Source of the DNA: Owenia fusiformis
Lineage: Eukaryota
Assembly: GCA_903813345.2 (NCBI GenBank)
Contig: CAIIXF020000001.1
Location: 34,100,001-34,164,000 of the forward strand
Direction of reading: 5' to 3'
DNA length: 64,000 nucleotides
In this document: piece after piece, positions 13,825 through 27,300 of the stretch
Layout of the letters: each line of letters opens with the position of its first letter
Position numbering within the stretch: the first letter of the stretch is position 1
Program-made: the position numbers and the translations under genes
Notes under the pieces: model-generated
Database searches by the model: none
What the model saw: only the letters and a program-made list of their open reading frames with translations
What the model was told of the DNA's origin: nothing

Positions 13825-13935
13825 AGTAAGCAGCTGAGTAGGTAGCTGAGTAAGTAGCTGAGTAGGTAGCTGAGTAAGTAGCTGAGTAGGTACCTAAGTA
13901 GGTAGCCGAGTAGGTATGTAGGTAAGTAAGTAGGA
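13825..13935. repeat. Tandem 12-bp repeat (AGTAGGTAGCTG/AGTAAGTAGCTG)n grading into (TAGG/TAAG)n
   Basis: Directly visible tandem array. Confidence 0.9.
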
Positions 13936-14679
13936 ATTTTTGACCGGAAGTTGGATTGAAATTTGGTTTGCAGATTCGGATTCCTGAGAAAATTCTACCC
14001 TTAATTCATAACTCATAAGTTAAATTATGAGAACTTTTTATTTTGACCTACTTTACGGACACCATATCTCAAAAGTGGGTCAAAATACTTTCTGACGGCA
14101 AAAGGCTCTCACTATTAGCACACTCTTTGCTAACCATGGTTTAATCGTATGACAAGCACCATTTTTATGTTTAATCACAATATGTTCATTGACAGGGTCA
14201 TTTAATAGTATGTCATTCAGGTTTCAGACAGATTTGACTAACACTCTTTGATAAATCATGAAATTAAGTGACTATTGCAAGCTTTTAGCATAGCACTCAA
14301 AGGAAGGCTGGCCCATGATGAATAGACGTGACATCTATTATGTCAGCTTTATTCAGCTTTATTTAGCTATTTAGAAACTATACTATTCATTATACGTCCA
14401 TTGCAGGCCAAACATGTTTCAATGTGGATATTGTAATGCACACGAGAATACATTCGATTCGTATATTGATCATACATTAATTGAACATGGAGATTTTCCT
14501 GTACACTTGTCCCAAACCTGTGGAATAGACTAGATGCGAGTAGAAATTATCTTGATTTACGTCATCAAATATTCAAAATTCAGTCAAAGTGATGTCATAT
14601 TTGAAATCTACATGTATAAATACATCTAAAAATATGGTTTCGAAAGTTGTTTATCAACTTTGAAAATCTTTTTTTAAAT

Positions 14680-15467
14680 ATTTTTGAAAATAATTAAAAA
14701 ATGTAAAAAGAATATCACTTTTCAAACCATCGAATATCTTTTTGTATCTCATACTTGAGTGGGTTTGGGGTAGATATCACCCGGGAATATATATCGTATC
14801 TGAGGAGCGGGCAGGATATATTGTATATGTCCCGCTCCAGGCCAAATGCGGGCAGATATAATATATCCATCCCGCTCCCGGGAATTTTTCAAAAATTTAA
14901 AAAAGTTTAAATATCAAAAGTTTTAATTTTTTAATTTTAAAATTAAATTTTTTTAAGTTTAAATGTTACAATTTCATTGTATTGAACAAAAAGAATATTA
15001 CGAAAATGTTCAATATAAATATCTTGTCATCTGAAAAAGGTGGAAAAGGTTATATCTACCCTAAACCCACTCAAGTATGAGATACACCAGTTATGCACGG
15101 TCGGTTTGGATACATGGAATATCCCTTGGGATATACAATACATCTTCCCTCGGTCCCTTCGGTCCCTCGGGAAGATATATTGTATATCCCTCGGGATATT
15201 CCCTGTATCCAAAACCTCCCAGTGCATAACCCCTATTTATCCCATGGTTGCAAGGATATAGGTCGAATATCACACAAAGATATATTTGATATGTGGATCA
15301 AGATACCATATTTTAGCAAAAAATTCACAAACCATCGAATTTCACTTTTAAACTATCGAATATCACGTCTTAAAAAGTGATATTCGATGGTTTGAAAAGT
15401 GATATTCGATGGTTTCGCCTTTTTTCAAAAAAAAATATTTTTACATTTTTTAATTATTTTCAAAAAT
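14680..15467. mobile_element. Hairpin-rich non-autonomous element (possibly Crypton-type), interrupted by a Tx1 LINE and resuming at 17041-~17300
   Basis: Inverted pairs 14743-14781/15048-15085 and 14680-14740/15375-15467. A long hairpin at 15103-15216 is centred on CCCTTCGGTCCC. CACTCATTCGCTGCGCTCACT occurs at ~17228. The superfamily is inferred from architecture only. Confidence 0.4.
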
Positions 15468-17024
15468 TGAATTTGAAAATATTAATTTTACAGATGAACC
15501 TGTAAGATATTTAAGCATATATATAGGTCACAATGAAGATAAATGTTATGATTTAAATTGGAATGAGAAAATAAATGACCTTGAAAAAATTCTTGATTCT
15601 TGGAAAAAAAGACACCTTACCTTATTTGGAAAAATCACTGTTATAAAATCTTTAGCTATATCAAAACTTATCTACTCAGCATCAATTTTATCTTATAAAG
15701 AAGAAATTATAAAGCGAATAAACAACTTGATATTCAACTTTTTATGGAATGGCAAGAAAGACAAGATTAGGCGAACTATTATGATAAACAATATAGACAA
15801 TGGCTAAATGCTCTTAAAGCTGTATGGATTACCCGTATATACGACAAAAACAATATGTTTAACAAAATTCAATACTTTTATTTTGACAAACTTGCTCCAA
15901 GTTTGGATATTTTGTTAAAAATGAATGTATTTTCTAAAGACCAGCTTGAGGGATTACCTATTTTCTACAAACAAGTTTTGAAAGCATTCAATAGCTGTAA
16001 AGATCTTGATGAAATAAAAAATCTGAAACACCATGAAATAGTCCAGCAAACCATATGGAATAACAGATTATTTCAATTAAAAGGCAAACCACTTTTCTTT
16101 AAATCTTGGATAGATAGTGGTATTATTTATGTCAAAGATCTTATCATTCGAAATGATTTTTTAAATGTAAACTATATTCTAGAAAAATTGAGGAATAAAA
16201 TAAATTGGATTTCAGAATATTTTCAAGTCTCAATTGCAATGAAATCAATAAAAAAAATCATTAACATAGAACAAGCAAACTTCACAAATATATCAAGAAA
16301 ACTCAATTTCAAAGTAAAAAATGTTCAATTAGATTTTAGAGGCCAAAAATCCAATTTCTTTTATAACATATTGAAGAATAAAAAATCTGAAAAATGGTTT
16401 GTCTCAAAAAAATGGGAAAAAGATTTCTGTATAACAAATCAATGTAAAATAGATGAAATAAATTGGCAGAATTTTTTTGTTAGCAAGATCATCAAGATTA
16501 AAGACAAAAAAGTTGCCAATTTTAATTTCAAACTAATTAATAACATACTTCCTGGGTTAACTGACTTATTTATCTATGGTATAACAAATTATTATCATTG
16601 TAGTATTTGCAATCACTTATGTGATTTGAAACATATTCTTTTTGAATGTTGTTTGTCAAAGGATATATGGAAATTTTTATACAACACATGTGGTCTCAAT
16701 ATTTCGTATAGAAAAATAATAATTGGTTATAATGGCCAAGACTCTCAAACTAATTTTCTGAATTATTTTACAAGTATAGTTGCTTACAGCATTTACAAAT
16801 CCTACATTTTAGAACTGAATAGTAAAGAACAAAGAACATTTGAAAAGATACTTTTTATGTTAAAATATGAAATTAATTGTAGAAAAAATGTGTATTATTG
16901 TTCCAAATGGAATTTATTATCCAAACTACTGCAATGAGATTATGTAAACCTGTTTTTTTAAATCATGTACTGTCTATATATTTAGTAAATGAATGAAATA
17001 AAGACTATTTAAAAAAAAAAAAAA
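15468..17024 (+). mobile_element. 5'-truncated Tx1/L1-clade non-LTR retrotransposon with poly(A) tail
   Basis: 15481-15807 encodes WNEKINDLEKILDSWKKRHLTLFGKITVIKSLAISKLIY...FNFLW (L1/Tx1 post-RT region). AATAAA at 16997-17002 precedes an A tail. 16-bp TSD AATTATTTTCAAAAAT at 15452-15467 and 17025-17040. Confidence 0.9.
15855..16937 (+). pseudogene. C-terminal part of Tx1/L1 ORF2 (post-RT region and zf-RVT-like CCHC)
   Basis: ORF contains IWNNRLF...FFKSWIDSGIIYVKDL and CSIC-x7-HILFEC...W. It is disconnected from the upstream frame at ~15805. Confidence 0.85.
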
Positions 17025-17632
17025 AATTATTTTCAAAAATATTTCTAAAATATTTAGAAGTTTCAAAATAAATTTTCAACATTTTTTTACAATTTTTTTT
17101 AATTATTTTTTCAAATTTTTTCTCAAATTATATTTTTCAACTTTTTTCGCTGATGATGATTTCCCATGGGATAAACGTATTTTTTTCCAAAATATCAATT
17201 ATATCCACTCATGGATACAAATATCTTCACTCATTCGCTGCGCTCACTTATGAAGATATCAATATCCACTCACTCACACATACGTATTCCCGGGGAACCA
17301 TAATTCAATGTCTTCAGTTGAGAATAAGTATAAGGTGAATGTGTGAATTCTGCTTGTTGTTGCACTATTTTTATAATAAACAAGGTTCGATAAGCAACAC
17401 TGAATAGACTGCAGTCATAGCTTAGTTGTAAAGAAAACAAAAGAAGTTGGGACGTGGTCATGCTTGAATACGATTTTAAATATATCGCAGTTTACATTTG
17501 TTGAAATCGGCCTGTATTAATTTCAACAGGTGATCGGTGTACAAGGGCATATATTTGAGTTATTGGTTTAATGATAAGTATGACCTATGAGTGGGTAATG
17601 TTTTACAAATGCATGAAACAAATACTCCAATG

Positions 17633-19787
17633 GGGTGTCTACAAAACTAAGACCTAAGACCTAAGACCTACAAAACTAAGACCCCCCACGTTATAAAACT
17701 AAGACCCTGTTATAAAACTAAGACCCCCCATGTAATAAAACTAAGACCCTGTTATAAAACTAAGACCCCCCACGTTATAAAACTAAGACCCTGTTATAAA
17801 ACTAAGACCCCCCACGTAATAAAACTAAGACCCTGTTATAAAACTAAGTCCCCCCACGTTATAAAACTAAGACCCTGTTATAAAACTAAGACCCCCCACG
17901 TTATAAAACTAAGACCCTGTTATAAAACTAAGACCCCCCACGTTATAAAACTAAGACCCCCCACTGTTATAAAACTAAGACCCCTCACGTTATAAAACTA
18001 AGACCCTGTTATAAAACTAAGACCCCCCACAGTTATAAAACTAAGACCCTGTTATAAAACTAAGACCCCCCACGTTATAAAACTAAGACCCTGTTATAAA
18101 ACTAAGACCCCCCCCCACGTTATAAAACTAAGACCCTGTTATAAAACTAAGACCCCCCACGTAATAAAACTAAGACCCTATTATAAAACTAAGACCCCCA
18201 CGTTATAAAACTAAGACCCTGTTATAAAACTAAGACCCCCCACGTTATAAAACTAAGACCCTGTTATAAAACTAAGACCCCCACGTTATACAACTAAGAC
18301 CCTGTTATAAAACTAAGACCCCCCATGTTATAAAACTAAGACCCTGTTATAAAACTAAGACCCCCCACGTTATAAAACTAAGACCCTGTTATAAAACTAA
18401 GACCCCCCACGTTATAAAACTAAGACCCTATTATAAAACTAAGACCCCCACGTTATAAAACTAAGACCCTGTTATAAAACTAAGACCCCCACGTTATAAA
18501 ACCAAGACCCTGTTATAAAACTAAAACCCCCCACGTTATAAAACTAAGACCCTGTTATAAAACTAAGACCCCCCACGTAATAAAACTAAGACCCTGTTAT
18601 AAAACTAAGACCCCCCACGTTATAAAACTAAGATTCAGTCACCGTGCCTTGCTCTGCTCGCCACAAGGTAGTCTTGCCTCTGGGCCTTGTGTTCCCCAGT
18701 AACATACAGATTCTACAAAATATAGTCTTGCTTCTGGTCCTTGTGTTCCCTTCTAATATACAGATTCTCCCCACTAACATAAAGATTCTACAAAAGGTAG
18801 TCTTGCTTCTGGTCCTTGTGTTCCCTTCTAATATACAGATTCTCCCCACTAACATAAAGATTCTACAAAAGGTAGTCTTGCTTCTGGTCCTTGTGTTCCC
18901 TTCTCACATACAGAATCTACACATGGTAGTCTTACCTCTGGCCCTTGTTTACCCTAGTAAAATACACATATGGTAGTCTTGCCACTGACCCTTTATTCCC
19001 TAGTAACATACACATATACATAATTTTAAGGTAGTCTCGGCTCTATCCCTCGAGTTCCCCAGTAACATACAGGTCTAAGACCCTGTTATAAAAGGACCAG
19101 AAGCAAGACTATCTTTTGTAGAATCTGTATATGTTACTGGGGAACACAAGGCCCAGAGGCAAGACTACCTTGTGGCGAGCAGAGCAAGGCACGGTGACTG
19201 ATTCTTATAACAGGGTCTTAGTTTTATTATGTGGGGGTCTTAGTTTTATAACAGGGTCTTAGTTTTATTACGTGGGGGTCTTAGTTTTATAACAGGGTCT
19301 TAGTTTTATAACGTGGGGGGTCTTAGTTTTATAACAGGGTCTTAGTTTTATAACGTGGGGGTTCTTAGTTTTATAACATGGTCTTAGTTTTATAACGTGG
19401 GGGTCTTAGTTTTATAACAGGGTCTTAGTTTTATAACGTGGGGGGTCTTAGTTTTATAACAGGGTCCTAGTTTTATAACGTGGGGGGTCTTAGTTTTATA
19501 ACAGGGTCTTAGTTTTATTACATGGGGGGTCTTAGTTTTATAACAGGGTCTTAGTTTTATAACGTGGGGGTCTTAGTTTTATAACAGGGTCTTAGTTTTA
19601 TAACGTGGGGGGTCTTAGTTTTATAACAGGGTCTTAGTTTTATTACATTGGGGGTCTTAGTTTTATAACAGGGTCTTAGTTTTATTACATGGGGGGTCTT
19701 AGTTTTATAACAGGGTCTTAGTTGTATAACGTGGGGGGTCTTAGTTTTGTAGGTCTTAGGTCTTAGGTCTTAGTTTTGTAGACACCC
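17633..19787. mobile_element. Foldback/MULE-type non-autonomous DNA transposon with tandem-array inverted arms
   Basis: Termini GGGTGTCTACAAAACTAAGACCTAAGACC and GGTCTTAGGTCTTAGTTTTGTAGACACCC. 10-bp TSD TACTCCAATG (17623-17632, 19788-19797). The arms are arrays of a 42-bp dimer (TTATAAAACTAAGACCCCCCACG + TTATAAAACTAAGACCCTG) in opposite orientations. Confidence 0.9.
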
Positions 19788-19959
19788 TACTCCAATGGCC
19801 TAATCTCAATTTACCTGCATAAACTATTACATTGAAATGATGGTCATTTGCTCTCTAACTTCCGCACCGCATACGTAACTTCGTAACAATTCATGATCAA
19901 TAAGCCAAGACAGGACCGCTATAATCGCTACATGCCAGTGAACTAATACATTTTTGGGT

Positions 19960-20064
19960 GCTAGCTTACTCTAAATGAAGCATGATATCCACGGATGAGT
20001 AAATATCGATTATTTAAACAAAAGTGCAAAATTCTGCATTCACATATTTCGACTAGCCACAGTG
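19960..20064 (-). mobile_element. Solitary end of a relative of the Transib-like element at 44466-47521
   Basis: Ends TCGACTAGCCACAGTG (20064). The reverse complement of 19975-20035 matches 44549-44610 (GAATTTTGCACTT.TGTTTAAATAATC.ATATTTACTCATCCGTG). Confidence 0.65.
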
Positions 20065-20344
20065 ATTTCTTTGCTTTAATTGTGAATTTGTGCACTGTGG
20101 AGGAAAAGTTTCTGAAAATCATTTAAATTACAATATAGGCCTGAATAGTTTTTAAAACTGTATTTTAGGGGGCGTCTTGCGTACTGCTAGTAGAAGTTGT
20201 GGTTCCAGGGGTTGCGAGCGGAGCGTACGCAGCCCTTAGAATTTAGTTGTCACGGCATATATTCGACTACCTTCTTGGATTTATGGATTAGCGCATTATC
20301 TAAGTCGATTATAGCGTTCCTAAATAGCTCTAACTGCCTTTTGG

Positions 20345-21830
20345 TCAACAAATCATGATGCCATAATATCACCTCATGCAGACAGATCGACTAAAATTAC
20401 AGTCGTATGATGTGAGACTCGACATTCACTAGGAAACTTGAAATAATTTGTCACCCATGGAGCAAATCAATTTTTACAATTAATAAATGGTGAATGACAG
20501 CCAAATTGAGTTTTATAAGTATGAGAATAGCATGATGTCTTGATATGTCAAGGTAAGGCCGTTTGAAAAGTGATTGTGGTGACTGAAAAAACGATGTAAA
20601 GATAAAACCGCAACGAAATATTGGTATAGATTTCTTTGAAGAACTAAAAAATATACATCACATCGAATTTTCCAAAACACAAAAAACATGTATAAATTGT
20701 AAGGCATTAACATTAGTCTAGTATATGTCACACAACTCACGCAACTATTATTCGAACTTATGATCGGACATTAGTATGATACTAGTATTAAATTATTATC
20801 TTGAAGTACACATCATACTTATGTCCGATCATAAGTTCGAATAATAGTTGTGTTTCAAATATTAATTGTATGACATACACGAGACCAATGTTAATGCTAC
20901 CAGGGGGAATCGGACCTGCAGGCCTTACTATAAACACTGTGTATACAGGGTGTTTCATAATGACCGTCCCCCCATCATCCACCAATCCTAAATAGCAGAC
21001 CCATATTTGTTATACATCACATGAAAGCTTGTTCAATTCTGGACTTATTGAAACAACTTTGATTAAGCCCTACAGTTTTTACAACTTGAGACATACATGT
21101 ATCTCTACAAAGGAAATCCCATGTTATAATCAACGCAATCACTATTCAAACGAGTTACCTTGAAATATCAAGGCGTCGTACTTTTCTCATAGTGGAGAGG
21201 TTAAGCAAATACGGTTTTTCAAAACGTATACGTAAACGCAAAGTACATTGAATCAACATAGGATTGTATCGCTTTAGTCTACTTCAGATACCCGTTCAAC
21301 TTCAAAGTTGCGTGTTTAGAACGGGAGATTTTAAATTTCCACGTTGCTATCAACGGGAATCATTATACTCATGTCTGTTGAATACTATCCTTGGAATTTT
21401 GATTTCGATGCAAAGTATAATTCTTTCTGAAGAAGATGATGTATGTAACGCATGATTTAACTCCAATAATCTTACGAAACGAGCTCGTTTAAAATATGTA
21501 TTAGAAAACCAGCTATTGAACTTCATCAATGGCATACTATGTAATCATTACAAGCTATGGTGTAGTCTAAACAAACACCAGAGCTGGACGGCTATTTATG
21601 TGTGAACTCTACATGTATTTGTATAGGTACGATTGATACGTTTAAATTGCGTTTTGGATTTTATACGGTAGCTTAACCTCTCCATTTTTAGAACTCAACT
21701 GTCATTCACCATTTATAAAGCAGTAAAACCGATTTGCTTTATGGGTGGCAAAATTTTCCCCGGTGAATCTCGCATCATACGTATGAATGTAGTTTTAGGC
21801 GATCCGTCTGCATGGGATGTTATATTAGAG
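20345..21830. repeat. Nested degenerate inverted repeats (old palindromic MITE-like elements)
   Basis: 20360-20515 pairs with 21690-21825 (ATGCAGAC.GATCG.CTAAAA; ATAAATGGTGAATGACAG). A palindrome spans 20704-20898 (CAACTATTATTCGAACTTATGATCGGACAT). 21193-21207 pairs with 21671-21685. Confidence 0.6.
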
Positions 21831-23029
21831 ATTTTACATTTTGGCATGCCATCTCCTGATACCTTGGTGAACTAAGTCATGTGATCATTTATATCCAATC
21901 AGAATGCATTTCTGCCATATAGTGATAGCATAGTGATCCAAAGCTAAACCAAGGTGTAGGAAGGGTTTATATTATCATATAGAAGGGGTGCACTTTTCTA
22001 ATTGGCTATGGTTGACATGCATGTTTGCAAACTTAGTACTTGCATCAAGAGCTCTGACTGGCATCCTAACAAAATAAATTTATACAACACTGATGCCTGG
22101 GTCACATTTGCTCCGTTTGTTCAATATTGTATTCAATTTTGAACAAAATACTCAATCGGCATGGCGCCGTAGTGAAAATCGTAGCAATCTGCATTAGGAC
22201 TTGTACACAGTGTATACCAATTAATAGCCCATTTTCAGCATAGCAATTTCTAAGAAGGGTTTCCAAAATGCTCCATCATGAAATACCTTGACCCTCTCTT
22301 CTTACATGATAGACACAGACATGTTTCTAGAAGCGATGTGTACCAGAATGAAAGCTCTGGTTTCTTCCTAACTTGGCGGGAGGTTGCAAAGTACTTTCTT
22401 GATCATTAAAAATAAATGCCATTTTCACAGGAACTCTGCATTTTATGTTATTCCATTGAATATTTATCTGCATGCTCGAAGTTAAGTAAGTTAAGAAGAT
22501 CAGATTCTTTATAACCAAATCTATTTGATATTCAAAATCTAAGTAAACCTATCTTTCTGAAGAACCAACTATCTATCATATTACTCAGATTGGATTAATC
22601 AATATTCTCATACTCTCTCTAGTTTGTATGAATGAATGGCCCTAAACATCATGTGAAAGACTTCTCAGAAAATGTGCCCAATATATTACTCTAAATCATA
22701 CATATCATAGGAGCTTTAAATTTTGAAAAGTTGTCTGAAACAAAAAGTGTGATCATGAAAAGAGAATGGATTGCTTTCTAAAGTAGTTTTCTCATTTTTT
22801 CTATTTTTAGGAATGAATTCAAATTTTCAAAAGCTTCTATAATTTCAAATAATATATTTGGCACACTTTCTCAAAAATGCAATAGATGCTGTCTGGTGAC
22901 CTTTCTAAAAGTCCAACTTTTAACTGTTTTTTAGTCGAAACTAGGTTAATTTCCCATGTGCCAAAACCAATATTTTATTGTTTTATTTACTTTCTGTGTA
23001 TGTGTGTATGGACTACTATTTATATTATT

Positions 23030-23600
23030 TCCAGTGTATATATGAAACAATAAATTTTAACTATGTGTATTGACAATATCATGTACTTTCTCCAGTGTGT
23101 ATTAGAAAATAGTATGTACTTTCACTAGTTATTTAACCAATACTCTGTACGTTCATACACACTGGAGAAAGTACATAGTATTTGTTCATACAAAATGTGT
23201 GTTCATAAACAATGGAGTACATGATATTTGTTCATACATACTGGAGAAGGTATATACACAGGCGTGTTGGTTCATATACATGTCCATACTGGCGAAAGAG
23301 CGTAATGTCTCTTCATACACATTATAGATATTGTAGTACATTAAATTCGTTCATACTCACTGGTTTAGGTACATTTTATTCGTCCTGACACATTGATTAA
23401 TTAACAAAATATTGAAAACACGGAAGAGAATGAACAACGTTTTGGTTCATGCACAATGGAGAAAGTACAAATCATTTGCTTATGCATGTTGGCGAATGGA
23501 CACAAAATATTTGTTCATACATGCAGGAGAAAGTACAAAAAATGTGTTCATTAAAAGTGGAGAACCCAGATTATATACTTTCTCCAGTTTGTATGAACAA
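23030..23600. repeat. ~32-bp minisatellite (TTCATACACACTGGAGAAAGTACATAGTATTTG-like) in both orientations
   Basis: Minus-orientation units at 23030-23150 and ~23580, plus-orientation units at 23150-23570. Confidence 0.65.
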
Positions 23601-23645
23601 ATTCATCAATGTGTTTCATGCAACACATTTTAATTTGTAATTTAA

Positions 23646-24352
23646 GGTGCTATGTAAGAAACAGAAATGACAAAACAAAAAATGTCAAAACCATGCTGGA
23701 TTCTGAAATTTTTTGAACCAAGATAACAGAGTTCTGTCTGGACCTCCAGTCAGTTTAACCGGGAACACAAGGAAAATGGTCAGAATGACCATAAACATGA
23801 TGAAATAACCTTTTCAGCCCTCTGAAAATGTGACTGAAAAATAGCTAAAAGTAGGTGCTCAGGAAAGGTCAATGAACAGAATCTCTTGATTTTTTCAGAA
23901 AATGTGTCTAATATATTGCTCTAAATGATACAATCTTTGAAATTTTAAAAATTGTCTGAAACAATAATTGCTGTAGTTAAAAGGAAAATAGATCGATTTT
24001 AGATTCAGTTTTTTTCTTTTTTTCTTTTTCTGAGAATGTTATGAATTTTTTTTTAATTGTATCATTTAGAGTAATATATTGGACACATTTTCTGAAAAAG
24101 TCAAAAGATTCTCTTCAGTGACCTTTCCTGAGCACCTACTCTTAGCTAGGGCTGAAAAGGTTATTTCATCATGTTTATGGTCATTCTGACCATTTTCGAT
24201 CCTTGTGTTCCCGGTCATGTAAATATGTTGAACTAGTTAAACTGACTGGAGGTCCAAACAGAACTCTGTTATCTTGATTCAAAAAAATTTCAAAATCCAG
24301 CATGGTTTTGACATTTTTTGTTTTGTCATTTCCTGTTAACTTCCATAGCACC
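23646..24352. mobile_element. Kolobok-type MITE with ~290-bp TIRs
   Basis: TTAA|GGTGCTATG ... CATAGCACC|TTAA (TSD 23642-23645, 24353-24356). A TTAA TSD with purine termini fits Kolobok rather than piggyBac. A related internal segment lies at ~22660-22910. Confidence 0.8.
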
Positions 24353-27300
24353 TTAATTTGTATTTCCAAGTAAGTTTTTTTAGAATTGTGCCTGTTTGTG
24401 AAATTAAGTCAATAAACTAACCATAAATGTCTGCAATAATAGAAAAATCAATAGTGTTTTTTTTGGTTATTTTGGTAAAGCCTTTGGTTTGTAATGGGAA
24501 GATTGTCTTTATAACTAGAACTGTTCTGCATGGGGTCTTTTGCACAATTGATAAATTATATACTATACTAATACATTACTATATAGATTTGCAATGTCTA
24601 GGTTTGATTCAAGTAACTGGCTCCACTGAGTGTGTATTCAAATGTTGTGCTTATAAAATGTATCGACTCCTATACTACCTTTTGAATGAAAATAAACTCT
24701 TCCAAAAGTGATAGGACCTTAGTGCACCCATGCCATGGTAAGGACCTTGGGTTTGCATGCCAAAATGTAAAATCTCTATTAGAAGAAATCATAATCCTTC
24801 CACAATGAGATAGATTAAGTAATATAAAAGCACTATGGCAACATGCAACGGCATACAATCACCATAACAGTTGATTTTAGAGCTTCAAACAATACTCCAG
24901 AAGGACAACTTTTCTAGTTTGAGTAATAATATAGTGAACTGTTAAACTGCTCTGCAGAACGCATACAGAGGTTATGGCAACCATGAATAGAGTATTGTTG
25001 TTTTCAATGATAAATGTGATACAGCAAAATGAAGCCTACATCTCGCCCCTTAATTTGTGTCAATTTTATACTGTTAACTTATCAAATAAAAAGTAAGGAG
25101 CAAAATCATCATTACTTGCGGGACACCATGTACATCCTTATAAAATGAAATAGCTCTTTTTATAATTCCAACACAACCCTGATGCGAATTCAGTGCTCAA
25201 GATAAACCGTTTGTTCAACTTCAATTGTAACTTGATAATAATACGGACACATTTTTCAATTCCAATATATTTCATTTTAATCTTCATTTGAACATTTCAA
25301 GAGAGTCTAAACTAACCTAGTTTTGCTATTACAGAAATCCCTTACGGTTTCGTTTTCAATAGACGTGCATGTTATCAAATTCAATTTGTTTCCACAGTGA
25401 ACAAAGTTAGTATAAGCGTTGGTGAATGATGAACAATAATATGACATTTTGGTAAAATAGATTTAAATTATTCTTTACTTACCTATATGACAGTTGGATT
25501 TAATCCATCGTGGGATAATCAACTTGAAGATGTAGACTATGTTTGTATACACATCTAATGCAAATCCTCAGCCCAGTCATTGATTGTGCGACGTATTTTA
25601 ATATTACCTCAAGTCGACGCTTAGAAAAATCATCTCGAGTGACTCACTTAAAGTGGTTTCTATTCACTTCTTTTGCGTCTATAAAGAAACTTTTTAATGT
25701 ATTTTGTATGTATTGAGATGACAAATCTTTTGTGTAGATTCAAACACATAGAACTACAGGTTAGTGCTGTGAATTCAATGTTTGAACGATGTTTGCGAAA
25801 ATCCTTTATTCATCAGAGCCTGGTTATTCGTAAACACGTCCTAGAGTTAAATTGTCATGAACTCCTGTACGCCATTATGGATTCAAAATGATGCCAGTTT
25901 GTATACCATTAATACAACGTTTTTAACAATGAAGCAATAAGGTTCGTTGTCGTCAATCATTCCACAGACCCCAAGGAAGGGGTGAACCATACCCCTGTCA
26001 TAGCAATGGGGTATTTTCCGTCATGTTCTTAGGTCTGGCCGGTCAAGTCGTGTGTTGTAGTTCTAAATCTTGATGAATTAACGAGTATTGAAAATGTGGT
26101 CATTAATAGATATACGAGGAATAAAAAAACATCACAAAACATTAAAAACAAGTTTACATCTATTTCTATAGCATTCTAAAGGGCGTATCAAAAAAACGCA
26201 ACAAGTAGTTATCTCGTAGAATCACAAAACTAGTATTGAAAAAATCAGTGCCAATGGAAGTTCCCCTAACTTGAATCGTTGTGACTTTTTCTTTTGGAGC
26301 TATCTCAGGAGCATCTGTGCTCACAATTCCTCCACCAGATATTACAAAACCTCGCAAAAGAATTGCCCATGGGCTGCTTTTCTCTGCTTTAACCCAGAGA
26401 TGACTTAGGCCTGAACCAGGCATGACGTGGGCAAATGAGCGCATCTTCATTTCAGTGAAATTATTTTTCCTTCAAAATTTTGATGGAATCCAACATTTTT
26501 TTAAAGTTAAAAATATCCAGACATCGTCAAATACGCTGTAAGACGTAACACTTTACGCTTATAGGGCTCGTTGAAATTGAGATAACTTTTGAAATAATGA
26601 TCAAAATCCCACTAAAATTTCACAATTTATTCAATGGAACATATTCATTTATGACGTCACAATTGCTTAACGGCTCCCGCTCAAATTATCGTATATGAAC
26701 GCTTTTAAAATTTTCAAAATTGTGTAAGGTTTTGAAGGCGAATGGGACGAGCAATAAGTTTACCTTTATTTAACCTTCTAATTTAAGTCTGATTTGAAAG
26801 AAAAATTAACTGCACAATATTGTCATGGCGAAATTTACAAAACAATAATCAGTTTGTTTATTTTGCAATTAATATTAAAATAAGAGCTGGTTTTCGAGAC
26901 TTGAAAAAAATGTGACGCATCGATTTTTTACCACAAATTCCATACATATCAATTTTTACCAACGCCCCGAGTGGATTTTTTGACCGTTTTTCAAAATTCA
27001 AAAACATTTTAGAAATATTGTCCTCGAGATCTTGCTACCCTGTGAATTTCGTCATGATTAGATAAGGATAAAGTATTTTATTTTTAGGTTGACTAAACTT
27101 GACAAAAATGTGACGCTTGTCGTTTTTGACGTTGTAAGGCTGTTTGCGCCCTATGCTGCTCATTGTTTTGTCTTAGTTTTTGACGCCATAATGTTACGCT
27201 AATTGTCCCCAGTTTCGTGCGACGTGTAACTATCTTTTTGAAATGCCTGTTACTTTTTACCATTTGAATCATCATATTTGGCAAATCAATGTAACTTTGG

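Noticed and set aside
18628..18976. Repetitive hydrophobic ORFs
   Set aside because: They are translations of the tandem repeat in the foldback core.
17640..19780. CRISPR-like array
   Set aside because: The sequences between repeats are not unique spacers but alternating fixed linkers. The array forms the TIRs of a TSD-flanked transposon, there are no cas genes, and the context is eukaryotic.
23030..23640. C2H2 zinc-finger gene (CACACTGGAGAAA resembles the HTGEK linker)
   Set aside because: The period is ~32 bp rather than 84 bp, units occur in both orientations, and there is no CxxC...HxxxH frame.
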